Positions 20,091-31,025 of a stretch of DNA of 45,828 nucleotides are shown here, piece by piece. Location: the NCBI GenBank assembly GCA_964543655.1, contig CAZIZE010000087.1:1-45828 (forward strand). The letters are read 5' to 3'. The position numbers and the translations under genes were made by a program. Numbering within the stretch: the stretch's first letter is position 1; each line of letters starts with the position of its first letter. Origin of the DNA: an uncultured bacterium (lineage in GTDB: Bacteria; DYJV01). Under the pieces are notes generated by a model. The model made no database searches. It saw only the letters and a list, made by a program, of their open reading frames with translations, and was not told the DNA's origin.

Positions 20091-22021
20091 TTATAAAAAA
20101 AAAGACTCTCTTTTTAATACTCTTTATTGCAATTCTAATTTTATCAGAATTCATAATTTATCTAAGCTTTGAAACACTTCAGAAAAATTTTTTTTTAAAA
20201 CAGTGCCATCTTGTAGAGAATTTTCTTTATAATGAGCTTGACAAACAGATGCAAACAACAATTGATTGGGCACAATGGGATGATACTGTCAACTTTGTAG
20301 AGTATAAGGAAAATGATTTTATTATTTCAAACATTGATGAAAATACATTGAAAAATATTGGCATTAATTTTATGATATTTTTTGATAAATTACGGTCACC
20401 TTTTTATAGCTATTTTTCAAATAATCAAAAACTCACTGAAAATGAAAAAGAAGTGTTTTCATTAAAATTCCAGACAAAATTTTTTCACTATCTTTCAACC
20501 CCTGATAATTTAAAAAAAATTAAAACCTTTGCAAAGTTTGATAATAAATTTTATATGCTGACATTTTACCCTATTTTAAAAAATTCAGGAAATCCACCTG
20601 CATATGGTACACTTGTTTTTGGAAAAGAGATTAACAACAATTTTTTAAACACCTTTACCAAGATTTTCAAATATAAAATTAAATTAATCAAAAACTTTTA
20701 CAAAAAAGATAAAAAAATAGAACTAAAAAATTTTAATGGTTTTATACCAATAAAAGATATTAACAATAAAACTGTATTCCTTGTGGAAATATCTTTTAAC
20801 CAGAGCAAATCATTCCAGATATTAAAATTTGTTATTTTTTCAACCATTCTATTTATAATTTTTATTGTTGTATTTTTCATGAAATTCACATCCAAACAAG
20901 AGCAAATCAGAATAAAATCTGAGCTTGACTTACTTTATCAAGCAATAGAGCATTCTAAAACTGGAATTATTTTAACTGAGTTTAACAGCAACATTTTCTA
21001 TGTAAATAATATTGTCTGTGAAATAACCAAATTTACAAAAGATGAGCTTTATGGAAAAAGTGCAACTGTTCTACTTGATGAAAAAATTCTTACAAAAATT
21101 TTCACCACTGGCTTAAAAAACAAAGGCTTTTGGAAGGGAGAAATTTTTGGGAATACAAAGGATGGTGAAAAAATAGATTTAGAAATAAACATTTCACCTG
21201 TATTTGAACCAAACAACAGTAACCGTATTAGATGTTTTATTACAACTTGCGAATTTATTTCTGATAAAAAGAGAATGATTAAAGAATTGGAAAAAGCCAA
21301 AAAAGAGTCAGAAGAATTTAATAAAATGAAATCCTCAATTCTACTTAATCTTTCCCATGAAATAAAAACTCCATTAACCGGGATTCAGGGGTTCATTGAA
21401 TTATTAGAAGAAACTGACCTAACAGATTCACAGAAAGAATATTTAAACTATTTGAAGAACTCCTCAGAGAGATTAACAAAGCTTTTAACCAACTTTGTTG
21501 AACTTGCCAAGCTTGAAGCTAATCTTTATTCCATAAAAAATTACCCATTTTCCATTGAATCATTTAATAATATTTTAATAAAAAAATTTAAACCTATTGC
21601 AAATCAAAAAGGATTAACTTTCAAATATTTCATGGATGCCACTCTACCCAGTATGGTTATTGGACCAGAGGAACTTTTAAATAAAGCTATTAGCCTTGTA
21701 ATGGACAATGCCATTAAGTTTACAGAGCATGGTGAAATTCTTTATAAGTGTGAAATGCTTGAAATTAAAAATGATAAAATTAAAGTATGTTTCACAATTA
21801 AAGATACTGGTATTGGCATACAGAAAGAGCACTTTGAGAAGGTATTTACATCATTTACGCAAGTAGATACATCAACAACAAGAAAATTTGAAGGTATGGG
21901 AATTGGACTTGCACTTGCCAAAAAGTATATTAATTCAATTTCTGGTGAAATCTATCTCTCCAGTGAAAAAAACAAAGGCACTGAGTTAAAAATAATTGTA
22001 AATTTTGATATTAAAAAGTAG
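20087..22021 (+). CDS. CHASE4-PAS sensor histidine kinase
   Basis: DWAQWDDT (CHASE4), PAS, LSHEIKTPL, NAIKFT, DTGIGI, GMGIGL; no receiver domain. Confidence 0.9.
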   Translation: MIIKKKTLFLILFIAILILSEFIIYLSFETLQKNFFLKQCHLVENFLYNELDKQMQTTIDWAQWDDTVNFVEYKENDFIISNIDENTLKNIGINFMIFFDKLRSPFYSYFSNNQKLTENEKEVFSLKFQTKFFHYLSTPDNLKKIKTFAKFDNKFYMLTFYPILKNSGNPPAYGTLVFGKEINNNFLNTFTKIFKYKIKLIKNFYKKDKKIELKNFNGFIPIKDINNKTVFLVEISFNQSKSFQILKFVIFSTILFIIFIVVFFMKFTSKQEQIRIKSELDLLYQAIEHSKTGIILTEFNSNIFYVNNIVCEITKFTKDELYGKSATVLLDEKILTKIFTTGLKNKGFWKGEIFGNTKDGEKIDLEINISPVFEPNNSNRIRCFITTCEFISDKKRMIKELEKAKKESEEFNKMKSSILLNLSHEIKTPLTGIQGFIELLEETDLTDSQKEYLNYLKNSSERLTKLLTNFVELAKLEANLYSIKNYPFSIESFNNILIKKFKPIANQKGLTFKYFMDATLPSMVIGPEELLNKAISLVMDNAIKFTEHGEILYKCEMLEIKNDKIKVCFTIKDTGIGIQKEHFEKVFTSFTQVDTSTTRKFEGMGIGLALAKKYINSISGEIYLSSEKNKGTELKIIVNFDIKK

Positions 22022-22100
22022 TTTTTTCAATAACTAATATAAAACCAAATTATAATCCAACAGCAATTTTTTTACAAGTGTTCTTATTCATCACAAAAGT

Positions 22101-22133
22101 TGTCATTTTGAGGGCTTCAGCCCGAAAAATCTC
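22101..22133 (+). repeat. Single REP-like palindromic element
   Basis: TGTCATTTTGAGGGCTTCAGCCCGAAAAATCTC: GC hairpin GGGCT-TC-AGCCC within a GTCATT..GA..CGAA.AATCT frame like widespread extragenic palindromes; one copy in this window. Confidence 0.55.
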
Positions 22134-22286
22134 TTGGTTCAGGGCTGGTTTTGTATAAAAAGTCTTTCTCAATATTCAATATTCTCATAAAATTTTCCCA
22201 ATATTGTAAATGGAAAGGAAAAATTTTAAATTGAAAAATAAAAAAATCTATGTTAGCAAAGGTGAAAAAATTTTAAGGGGTAAAAT

Positions 22287-25200
22287 GTGCCTAAAAGAGA
22301 AGATATTAAAAAGATTTTACTTATAGGTTCTGGGCCAATTATTATTGGGCAGGCATGCGAATTTGACTATTCTGGAACTCAGGCAGTTAAAGCATTAAAA
22401 GAGGAAGGATATGAAGTAATTTTAATTAATAGCAACCCTGCTACCATTATGACAGACCCAGAATTTGCAGATAAAACATATATAGAGCCATTAACACCTG
22501 AATTTCTTGAAAAAATAATAAAAAAAGAGCGCCCAGATGCTCTTTTACCTACTCTTGGAGGACAAACAGCTCTTAATCTTGCTGTTGCAGTTGCAGAAAA
22601 TGGCACTCTTGAAAAGTATAATGTAGAGTTACTTGCAGCAAGCCTTGAATCTATTAAAAAAGCTGAAGATAGAGAGCTTTTCAAAGCTGCTATGAAAAAG
22701 ATAGGCCTTGAGCTACCAAAAAGTGGATATGCCAATAGTATGGAAGATGCTAAAAAGATAATTGAGGAGATAGGATTTCCAGTTATTATCAGACCATCTT
22801 TTACACTTGGTGGCACAGGTGGTAACATTGCATATAATTATGAGGAATATGAAGAGTTTGTTAGATGGGGGCTCGATTGTTCTCCTGTTAATGAAATTCT
22901 TGTTGAAGAGTCTGTTGTTGGCTGGAAAGAATATGAACTTGAAGTAATGAGAGATAAAAATGACAATGTTGTTATAATTTGCTCCATAGAAAACCTTGAC
23001 CCAATGGGTGTGCATACAGGTGACAGTATTACAATTGCACCTGCACAAACTCTCACTGATAAAGAATACCAGATAATGAGAGATGCAGCAATTAGGGTTA
23101 TTAGAGAGATTGGTGTTGATACTGGAGGTTCTAATATCCAATTTGCTGTTAATCCTGAAAATGGTAAGCTTGTTATAATAGAGATGAATCCACGTGTTTC
23201 TCGTTCATCAGCATTAGCTTCAAAAGCAACAGGATTTCCAATTGCAAAAATTGCTGCTAAACTTGCAGTTGGTTACACCCTTGATGAAATTCAAAATGAT
23301 ATAACCAAAGAAACCCCTGCATCCTTTGAGCCTACAATTGATTATGTTGTTACGAAAATTCCAAGATTTACCTTTGAAAAGTTCCCTGAAGCTGACAGAG
23401 TGCTTACAACTCAAATGAAATCTGTTGGTGAGGTAATGGCTATTGGCAGAACTTTTAAAGAATCATTACAAAAGGCTATGAGATCACTTGAAGAGGATAC
23501 TTATGGTTTTGATTTAGAGGATGCAGAGACACTTCAAGATGAGCAGTTGAAAGATAAGCTAAAAATTCCTAATAGCAGGAGGCTCTGGTACATTGGTGAA
23601 GCTTTTAGACGGGGATATTCCATTGATGATATACATGAAATAACTTTTATAGACAGATGGTTTTTACATAATATAAAACAGATTATTGATGAAGAGATAG
23701 AGCTAAAAAATAGTAAAGAACTATCTATGGAAAAGTTAAAATATCTAAAAGAGATGGGTTTTTCTGATATTAGAATAGGTCAGCTTACTAACAGAAGTGA
23801 ATTGGAAATCAGGGAAATTAGAAAACAGCATGGAATTATTCCTGTTTATAAAATGGTGGATACCTGTGCTGCTGAGTTTAAAGCTTACACCCCTTATCTC
23901 TACTCAACATATGAAAAAGAGGATGAATGCAATAGAACTAATAGAAAAAAAGTGATGATTTTAGGTGGTGGCCCCAATAGAATTGGACAGGGTATAGAAT
24001 TTGATTATTGTTGTGTTCATGCTGTTTTTGCACTTAAAGAAGAGGGTTATGAAGCTATAATGGTTAACTGCAATCCAGAAACTGTTAGTACAGATTACGA
24101 TATATCTGACAAGCTCTATTTTGAACCATTAACATTTGAAGATGTTATGAATATAGTTGAAGCTGAGAAACCAGATGGAATTATTGTTCAGTTTGGTGGT
24201 CAGACTCCACTAAAACTTGCTAACAAATTAAAAGAAGCAGGTGCTCCAATAATAGGCACTGACCCAGATAGTATTGACATAGCTGAAGATAGAGAAAGAT
24301 TTAAACAGCTTTTAAACACTTTAAAATTAAAACAGCCTGACAATGATACTGCTCTTAATTTTGAACAAGCATTGAAAATAGCTAAAAAAATAGGATTTCC
24401 TGTGCTTGTCAGACCATCTTATGTTCTTGGTGGTAGAGCTATGGAAATTGTTTATGATGAAAAAAGCCTTGAAAATTATATGAAAAAAGCTGTAAAAGTA
24501 TCTTATGAGCACCCTGTTTTAATTGATAAATTTCTATCTGAAGCAATTGAAGTTGATGTTGATTGCGTTGCTGATGGTAATGAAGCTTTTATAGGTGGAA
24601 TTATGGAGCATATAGAAAGTGCTGGTATACATTCTGGCGACAGTGCATGCTCATTGCCACCATACTCTTTATCAGATAATATTATTCAGGAAATTAAAAA
24701 ACAAACCATTGCCCTTGCATTGAGCTTAAATGTTAAAGGATTGATGAATGTTCAATATGCAGTTAAAGGAGATGAAATATATATTCTTGAAGTAAATCCA
24801 AGGGCATCAAGAACAGTGCCTTTTGTTTCAAAATCAATAGGTATTCCACTTGCCAAGGTTGCAGCTAAAATTATGATTGGCAAGACAATCAAAGAACTTG
24901 GCATTAAAGAAAATATCCACCCAAACTACTTCTGTGTAAAAGAAGCTGTTTTCCCATTTTCAAAATTTATTGGCGTTGACCCTTTACTTGGACCAGAGAT
25001 GAAATCAACAGGAGAAGTAATGGGTATTGATGAAGATTTTGCAATGGCATTTTTAAAAGCACAAATTGCAGCAGGAAACATTTTACCTGAAAAAGGAAAG
25101 GTTTTAATTACTGTATGGGATAAAACAGGTATTGAAAAAATTGCTGAAAAATTTCAATCACTTAATTTTGAAATTTACGCCACAGGTGGCACATCAAAAT

Positions 25201-25484
25201 ATTTATTGGAAAAAGGAATCAGCAATAAAAAAGTATTGAAAGTTCAGGAAGGAAGACCTAATATTGTTGATTATATTAAAAATAGAGAAATAGACCTAAT
25301 AATAAACAGTCCTGCTGATATTAAATCTAAAGAAGATTCAACTGCTATTAGAAGCAATACAATTGTCTACAATATTCCATATTTTACCACCAAAGAGGCA
25401 GCAAAAGCAGCTACCCTTGCAATTGAAGCTATGAATAAAAAGGATAAGCAGGTAAAGCCACTACAAATGTTTTACAATATTTAA
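22287..25484 (+). CDS. carB: Carbamoyl-phosphate synthase large subunit
   Basis: [47 protein letters not shown]-like tail; GTG start. Confidence 0.98.
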   Translation: MPKREDIKKILLIGSGPIIIGQACEFDYSGTQAVKALKEEGYEVILINSNPATIMTDPEFADKTYIEPLTPEFLEKIIKKERPDALLPTLGGQTALNLAVAVAENGTLEKYNVELLAASLESIKKAEDRELFKAAMKKIGLELPKSGYANSMEDAKKIIEEIGFPVIIRPSFTLGGTGGNIAYNYEEYEEFVRWGLDCSPVNEILVEESVVGWKEYELEVMRDKNDNVVIICSIENLDPMGVHTGDSITIAPAQTLTDKEYQIMRDAAIRVIREIGVDTGGSNIQFAVNPENGKLVIIEMNPRVSRSSALASKATGFPIAKIAAKLAVGYTLDEIQNDITKETPASFEPTIDYVVTKIPRFTFEKFPEADRVLTTQMKSVGEVMAIGRTFKESLQKAMRSLEEDTYGFDLEDAETLQDEQLKDKLKIPNSRRLWYIGEAFRRGYSIDDIHEITFIDRWFLHNIKQIIDEEIELKNSKELSMEKLKYLKEMGFSDIRIGQLTNRSELEIREIRKQHGIIPVYKMVDTCAAEFKAYTPYLYSTYEKEDECNRTNRKKVMILGGGPNRIGQGIEFDYCCVHAVFALKEEGYEAIMVNCNPETVSTDYDISDKLYFEPLTFEDVMNIVEAEKPDGIIVQFGGQTPLKLANKLKEAGAPIIGTDPDSIDIAEDRERFKQLLNTLKLKQPDNDTALNFEQALKIAKKIGFPVLVRPSYVLGGRAMEIVYDEKSLENYMKKAVKVSYEHPVLIDKFLSEAIEVDVDCVADGNEAFIGGIMEHIESAGIHSGDSACSLPPYSLSDNIIQEIKKQTIALALSLNVKGLMNVQYAVKGDEIYILEVNPRASRTVPFVSKSIGIPLAKVAAKIMIGKTIKELGIKENIHPNYFCVKEAVFPFSKFIGVDPLLGPEMKSTGEVMGIDEDFAMAFLKAQIAAGNILPEKGKVLITVWDKTGIEKIAEKFQSLNFEIYATGGTSKYLLEKGISNKKVLKVQEGRPNIVDYIKNREIDLIINSPADIKSKEDSTAIRSNTIVYNIPYFTTKEAAKAATLAIEAMNKKDKQVKPLQMFYNI

Positions 25485-26185
25485 GGATTCTGGAATTTTT
25501 TCCTTTTTCTTTCAAGAATTTTTGCCATTTTAGCTTTATCTTTACCTTGCAAAGCACCAACAGGGCAAACTTCAACACATTTTAGACATCCTTTACAATA
25601 GGTGTCTGAAATTTCTTTTTTTACAAAAAAAGTAATTATTGTGTTGTAACCTCTTTTTCCAAAATCAATAGAATCTTTTTTATTAATCAAACTGCACATA
25701 TACACACATCGTCCACATAAGACACACTTTTTATAATCATAGAGTATATGTGGATGAGTAGAATAATCAATATTGCTGTCTCTTTCAATAATTGGTAATT
25801 TCTCTGGTCTCAATGGAACTTTAAGAAAATTAGCTATTTTCTGTAATTCACAAACATGGTTAGCAATACATTCACGGCAATAACTTTTATCTATAGAAAG
25901 TAGAAGCTCAAATGCCCATTTCTGTAATTTTCTAACTTCTTTTGTATTTGTTCTCACAACAAGCCCTTCTTTAACTTTTACTGTACATGAATTAACAGGT
26001 TCCTTTACACCTTCAATTTCAACAAAGCATAATCTGCAAGAAACTGGCGGCTCTTCCATTTGTGGTAGATAACATAGGTTTGGAATGTAAATTCCATTTT
26101 CAAGACACACCTTTAAAAGGGTTTCTCCCTCTTTTGCATCTATTTTTCTACCATCAACAGTAATGGACACTATATTATCAGACAT
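25481..26185 (-). CDS. NuoG-N-terminal/HoxU-like Fe-S protein with no catalytic domain
   Basis: [2Fe-2S] [49 protein letters not shown]; only 234 aa. Confidence 0.88.
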   Translation of the reverse strand: MSDNIVSITVDGRKIDAKEGETLLKVCLENGIYIPNLCYLPQMEEPPVSCRLCFVEIEGVKEPVNSCTVKVKEGLVVRTNTKEVRKLQKWAFELLLSIDKSYCRECIANHVCELQKIANFLKVPLRPEKLPIIERDSNIDYSTHPHILYDYKKCVLCGRCVYMCSLINKKDSIDFGKRGYNTIITFFVKKEISDTYCKGCLKCVEVCPVGALQGKDKAKMAKILERKRKKFQNP

Positions 26186-26200
26186 TTTAACTCCTTCACA

Positions 26201-28102
26201 TTATTCAGTAATAATTGGTGCAAGTTCTGGTGGTGAAACTATTTCCACAGCATCGTATTCAGGAGGACATGCTTTAACACATTCACCACATTTTACACAT
26301 TTCTCCTGATCTATAGCTTTTTTTCTTGATTTTTTTGTGGTAAAAATAGCTTCAGTTGGACAGCATCCAACACAGGCATCACATCCTCTTGCACACTTTT
26401 CAAGGTCAATATAAAATGCAATCAAAGACCTGCACATTAGTGCTGGGCACCTATGCTCTTTTATATGTGCTATATACTCATCTTTGAAATATTTTAAAGT
26501 TGTAAGAACTGGATTTGGAGCTGTTTTGCCAAGACCACAGAGAGAGCCTTTAATAATAACTTCACAAAGCTCTTCTAAAATTTGAAGGTCATTTTCACTA
26601 CCCTCTCCTACAGTTATTCTCTGGAGAATTTCTAATAGCTGCCTTGTGCCTATTCTGCAAAATGTGCATTTGCCACAAGACTCTTTCTGAGTAAAATCAA
26701 GAAAATATCTTGCCACCTCAACCATACAGCTTGAGCTATCCATAACCACCATCCCACCTGAGCCCATCATTGCTCCTGCTTGTTTTAATGAATCAAAATC
26801 AATAGGAGTTTCTAAAAAGCTCTCAGGCAAACAGCCTCCTGATGGGCCACCAATTTGAACAGCTTTAAATTCTCTGTCATCTTTTATTCCACCGCAAATA
26901 TCAAAAATAAGATGATTTAATGTAACACCCATAGGTATCTCAACAAGACCAGGATAATTAACATCTCCAACAATAGAGAATATTGCTGTACCTGGACTAT
27001 TTTCTGTGCCAATCTCTTTGAATTTCTCAGCACCATTTTTTATAATATATGGAATATTTGATAATGTTTTAACATTGTTTATCAATGTAGGCTCACCTCT
27101 AAACCCTTTTTCAGCAGGGTAAGGTGGCTTAACACGAGGCATACCTCTTTTACCTTCTATTGACGCTATAAGTGCTGTTTCTTCACCACACACAAAAGCT
27201 CCTGCTCCCTGAAAAACAGAAACATTAATATTTACCCCTGTGCCAAGAATATTTTCACCAAGTAAATTTAATTTTTTTGCATCATTTATTGCAGCTTTAA
27301 CTGTGTTAACAGCAAGTGGATACTCTGCTCTAATATATAAAATCGCATTTTCTGCACCTATGGCATAAGCACCAATTAGCAATCCTTCAAGAAGCTGGTG
27401 GGGATTGCTCTCCATAATAGTTCTATCCATATATGCACCAGGGTCACCTTCATCTCCATTGCAAATAATTGTTTTAAAATTTCCTTTTGCATTGTAGGTA
27501 ACTTCCCACTTAATTCCTGTGGGAAATCCAGCTCCACCTCTACCTCTTAATTTTGAGTTTTTAATCTCTTCTATTATCTCCTCAGGTGACATCTGCAATG
27601 CTTTTACCAGAGCTTTGTATCCATCATTGGCTATGTAATGGTAGATATTGTATGGGTCTATATAACCACAAAGCTCCATAACAACTTTTTTTTCAAATAA
27701 AAATCTTGGGTAATCATTTATTGTAGGGAAATTTTCATCAGGGATAAGGGAACCTATTAAATAATCAAAACAAGGGTCTCCTTCAAGTAAAAATGCTCTA
27801 ACTAAAACTCCTGCTTCACCAGGGTTAATATTTTTATACATTAAAGGTGGAAATCCAGGATTCTGAATAATAACAAGCGGCTCAGCATAGCAATGTCCAT
27901 TGCAACCAACAGAAATAACTTTACCTTTTAAATTGTTCTCCTCAAGCAATTTTTCAAATGCAGCAATTGTTGCCTGAGAGCCTGCTGCTCTACCGCAAGT
28001 TACATTTCCAACGTAGATTACTATATCCTCAGAATTTTTCAAGTTATTCCATTCTTCTAATGCTTTGCTATGTAATGATTCATATTTTTCATTAAGCTCC
28101 AT
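26201..28102 (-). CDS. NuoF/HoxF/HydB-like FMN-NADH-binding subunit with extra Fe-S domains
   Basis: RGRGGAGFPTG, NGDEGDPGAYMDR, GAGAFVCGEET, GGPSGG, ESCGKCTFCR; N-terminal thioredoxin-like 2Fe-2S; C-terminal 2x[4Fe-4S]. Confidence 0.93.
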   Translation of the reverse strand: MELNEKYESLHSKALEEWNNLKNSEDIVIYVGNVTCGRAAGSQATIAAFEKLLEENNLKGKVISVGCNGHCYAEPLVIIQNPGFPPLMYKNINPGEAGVLVRAFLLEGDPCFDYLIGSLIPDENFPTINDYPRFLFEKKVVMELCGYIDPYNIYHYIANDGYKALVKALQMSPEEIIEEIKNSKLRGRGGAGFPTGIKWEVTYNAKGNFKTIICNGDEGDPGAYMDRTIMESNPHQLLEGLLIGAYAIGAENAILYIRAEYPLAVNTVKAAINDAKKLNLLGENILGTGVNINVSVFQGAGAFVCGEETALIASIEGKRGMPRVKPPYPAEKGFRGEPTLINNVKTLSNIPYIIKNGAEKFKEIGTENSPGTAIFSIVGDVNYPGLVEIPMGVTLNHLIFDICGGIKDDREFKAVQIGGPSGGCLPESFLETPIDFDSLKQAGAMMGSGGMVVMDSSSCMVEVARYFLDFTQKESCGKCTFCRIGTRQLLEILQRITVGEGSENDLQILEELCEVIIKGSLCGLGKTAPNPVLTTLKYFKDEYIAHIKEHRCPALMCRSLIAFYIDLEKCARGCDACVGCCPTEAIFTTKKSRKKAIDQEKCVKCGECVKACPPEYDAVEIVSPPELAPIITE

Positions 28103-28628
28103 TAGATGTCTCCTTGCTCTTTCTTTGCTCCATCTCTTCCTCTATTCTATGTTTCTCTATTATTCCTTCAACTTTACTTGGCATCATATATCCTTCAACA
28201 TCCTCATTTATAACAACTACTGGTGCAAGAGAGCAACATCCAACACATGCAACTCTTTCAAGGCTGTATTTTCTATCTTTTGTAGTTTCACCTTCATGAA
28301 TACCTAATTTTCTCTCAAAATTTTCAAGAATAATTTCAGCACCTTTAACATGGCATGCAGTGCCAAGGCAAACTTTAATCTGATATTTACCTGGTGGATT
28401 AAACTTAAACTGATTATAGAAAGTTGCTATTCCATAAACTCTGTTGTGAGAAACATCAAAGTATTCGCCAATTAATGCAAGGCTTCTCTTTGGAATATAG
28501 CCATACTTCATCTGAATTGTCTGAAGTGCAGGGAGAATATAAAAAGTATCTTTTTTAAAAGATGTTAATAATTCTTCAATTTCTTCAAGAATCTTTCCTT
28601 CATCAAAATCTTCTATATATTGAGACAT
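28092..28628 (-). CDS. NuoE/HoxE/HydC-like [2Fe-2S] subunit
   Basis: ATFYNQF, VCLGTACHVKG, ACVGCCSLAP. Confidence 0.93.
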   Translation of the reverse strand: MSQYIEDFDEGKILEEIEELLTSFKKDTFYILPALQTIQMKYGYIPKRSLALIGEYFDVSHNRVYGIATFYNQFKFNPPGKYQIKVCLGTACHVKGAEIILENFERKLGIHEGETTKDRKYSLERVACVGCCSLAPVVVINEDVEGYMMPSKVEGIIEKHRIEEEMEQRKSKETSNGA

Positions 28629-28690
28629 GTTAATCCTCTCATAAAATTTTAAATTTTTGTATCATATAATAATTTTTTTTTCAATAAATA

Positions 28691-28719
28691 TTGTGAAACT
28701 CTGCAATGTATGATATAAT
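28691..28719 (+). promoter_or_regulatory. Extended -10 sigma70 promoter for the GT2 gene, probably leaderless
   Basis: TTGTGA (28691-28696), 17 nt including TG, TATAAT (28714-28719); ATG at 28726; no SD. Confidence 0.7.
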
Positions 28720-28725
28720 TCTAAA

Positions 28726-29562
28726 ATGGAAGTTTCTGTAATTATTTCTGTTTACAACAGGCATAAGCACCTTTACTGGTGCTTAAAAAGTTTACAGAAT
28801 CAAACATACAGAGATTTTGAAATATTAATAGCTGATGATGGCACAGAAGGGATAAATCTTGATAAAGTAAAAGAAGTTATTACCCTGTTTTCCAGCGATT
28901 TTTCAATAAAGCATATCTGGCATCCTGATAATGGGTTTCAAAAATCTCTTATTCTGAATAAAGCTGTAAAAGAATCAAAAGGAGAGCTTTTAATTTTTCT
29001 TGACTGTGATGTTGTTGTTGAAAAAAATCATATTGAGAAAATTTTGCAAATTTACAAGAAATTTAAAAATAAATTTGAAAAATTATTAATAACAGGAGAC
29101 CTTATATTTTTAAAAAAAGATATTAGCATAAAAATTTTAAATAATAGAAATCTAAATGTGGATAATGTTATTAAAATGATACATAATGATTTTAATGCAA
29201 ATGAAATTTTATATCGTGAATTCAGGTACCTGAAATATTTTTATTACAAGCTTTTTAAAATAAAATTTGCTAAAGCATGGGGTGCTAATTTTGCTGTTAC
29301 CAGAAAAGCTTTTTATTCAGTAAATGGTTTTAACAATCAATTTAAAAATAGAGGTGAAGATACAGATTTTATGAAACGACTTGTGTTAAATGGTACCAAA
29401 AGATTGGGATTTAATAGAACTCTTAAAGCATATCATCTCTTTCATAAAATGGTAATAGAACCAGAGGAAATGAGAAAAAAAATTAGAGAAAGATTAAAAT
29501 GGGATTTTTATAAAAAAAATCCTCATATCATTGTGGCACAGGATGGAATAAACAATATTTAA
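28726..29562 (+). CDS. Glycosyltransferase family 2
   Basis: VSVIISVYN, IADDGT, FLDCD (DxD), VNGFNNQF..GEDTD. Confidence 0.9.
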   Translation: MEVSVIISVYNRHKHLYWCLKSLQNQTYRDFEILIADDGTEGINLDKVKEVITLFSSDFSIKHIWHPDNGFQKSLILNKAVKESKGELLIFLDCDVVVEKNHIEKILQIYKKFKNKFEKLLITGDLIFLKKDISIKILNNRNLNVDNVIKMIHNDFNANEILYREFRYLKYFYYKLFKIKFAKAWGANFAVTRKAFYSVNGFNNQFKNRGEDTDFMKRLVLNGTKRLGFNRTLKAYHLFHKMVIEPEEMRKKIRERLKWDFYKKNPHIIVAQDGINNI

Positions 29563-29666
29563 TTCAAAATTTTACTCACCTTTTATTAAATTATCATTTG
29601 ACTTTTAAAAGAGTTATTGCTAATTAGAGAAACTTTTAATTTTAGTATACAAAGTGGATTTATAAA

Positions 29667-31022
29667 ATGATTTCACCATCACTTCGAATCAAGTTAGATG
29701 CTGTTAAAAAACTTATACGGAAAAATGCAAAACCAAGTCTTGAAAAGGTTTTAAATAAGTTACACCCTGCTGATATTGCCTTTATAATCAAGAATTTACC
29801 TGATCTTGACAGAAAAAAAATTTGGGAATTTATCAGTAATAAAACAAAAATTGCCAATATTATCCTTGAGCTTGAAGATTCACAAATAATAGAATTTTTT
29901 GAAGACATGGAGCCTCAGGAAATTGCTAATATCCTTAATGAAATGGAAAGTGATGATGCAGCAAATATTTTGAGGCTTTTTGAGGAAACAAAGGTTAATG
30001 AAATTTTAAAATATATGGCAAAAGATGGGTTAGAAGCAGTTGAAGAGTTACTGCATTATCCAGAGGATAGTGCAGGTGCTGTAATGAACCCAAACTTTTT
30101 TGCTCTTCATGAAAAAACCACTGTAAAAGATGCTACTAAAACTTTGCAAAAAGCTGAAGATGTAGAAATGGTGTTTTACGTTTATGTTGTTGATGATGCT
30201 AACAGGCTTGTTGGAGTTGTCTCTCTCAGGCAATTAATTATCAATCCTCCAGAAAAAACTTTAAAAGAAATTATGATTACAAATGTAATAAAAGTTACTG
30301 TGGATATGGACAGGGAGGATGTTGCTAAAATAGTTGAAAAATATGACCTGCTTGCTGTTCCTGTTGTAGACGAGCAGAATATACTTGTTGGTATAATTAC
30401 AGTTGACGATATTATTGATATTATCAGGGAAGAGGCTACAGAAGATATTTATAAAATGGCAGGAACATCAGAAGATGAGGTTCTTCTTGGTGATAAGTCT
30501 TTAAAAATTGCCAAAGTTAGATTACCGTGGCTTTTAATTACCTTTGTTGGAGAACTAATCTCCGGATTTGTTATTACCTTTTTTCATGGGAGAGTGCAAC
30601 AATTTGCTATTCTGTCAAGTTTTATGCCATTAATAATGGCAATGGGTGGTAATGTTGGAAACCAATCATCCACCATTCTCATTCGTGGTATGGCACTTGG
30701 GAAAATAGATAAAAAAAATCTTGGAAAAGTTATGCTCAAAGAGGTTAGAGTTGGTATGATTATGGGTTTAATTATGGGGATTTTGCTCGGTATAGTTGCT
30801 CCTTTATGGCATGGTGATCCAAGGCTTGGGTATGTGGTAGGTGCAGCTATGTTTTCAGCTGTTACTTTTTCAGCTTTTACAGGTACATTTGTTCCAGCAT
30901 TACTTGTAAAATTTAATTTTGACCCTGCTGTTGCTTCAAGTCCATTTATCTCCACATTAAATGATATTACTGGCCTTACAATATACTTTACAGTTTCAAT
31001 AACACTTTTATCCATTATTTAA
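29667..31022 (+). CDS. mgtE: Magnesium transporter MgtE
   Basis: LHPADIA N-domain, CBS pair, RLPWL, MGGNVGNQS, DPAVASSPFISTLNDITG. Confidence 0.96.
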   Translation: MISPSLRIKLDAVKKLIRKNAKPSLEKVLNKLHPADIAFIIKNLPDLDRKKIWEFISNKTKIANIILELEDSQIIEFFEDMEPQEIANILNEMESDDAANILRLFEETKVNEILKYMAKDGLEAVEELLHYPEDSAGAVMNPNFFALHEKTTVKDATKTLQKAEDVEMVFYVYVVDDANRLVGVVSLRQLIINPPEKTLKEIMITNVIKVTVDMDREDVAKIVEKYDLLAVPVVDEQNILVGIITVDDIIDIIREEATEDIYKMAGTSEDEVLLGDKSLKIAKVRLPWLLITFVGELISGFVITFFHGRVQQFAILSSFMPLIMAMGGNVGNQSSTILIRGMALGKIDKKNLGKVMLKEVRVGMIMGLIMGILLGIVAPLWHGDPRLGYVVGAAMFSAVTFSAFTGTFVPALLVKFNFDPAVASSPFISTLNDITGLTIYFTVSITLLSII

Positions 31023-31025
31023 AAG

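Noticed and set aside
22020-22091. Minus-strand MNKNTCKKIAVGL*FGFILVI, a possible signal-peptide gene remnant
   Set aside because: Too short, no SD, expected by chance in AT-rich DNA
22170-22206. Three CAATATT copies upstream of carB as operator sites
   Set aside because: Low-complexity AT motif; cannot be assigned to a regulator
25481-28628. NuoEFG-like module as the electron input for the Ehr-like complex
   Set aside because: Separate operon, and the Ehr-like soluble subunits have no clusters to accept electrons; not excluded but unsupported
29563-29666. Mg2+ riboswitch (M-box) upstream of mgtE
   Set aside because: Spacer is about 100 nt, AT-rich, contains a likely promoter and shows no structured motif
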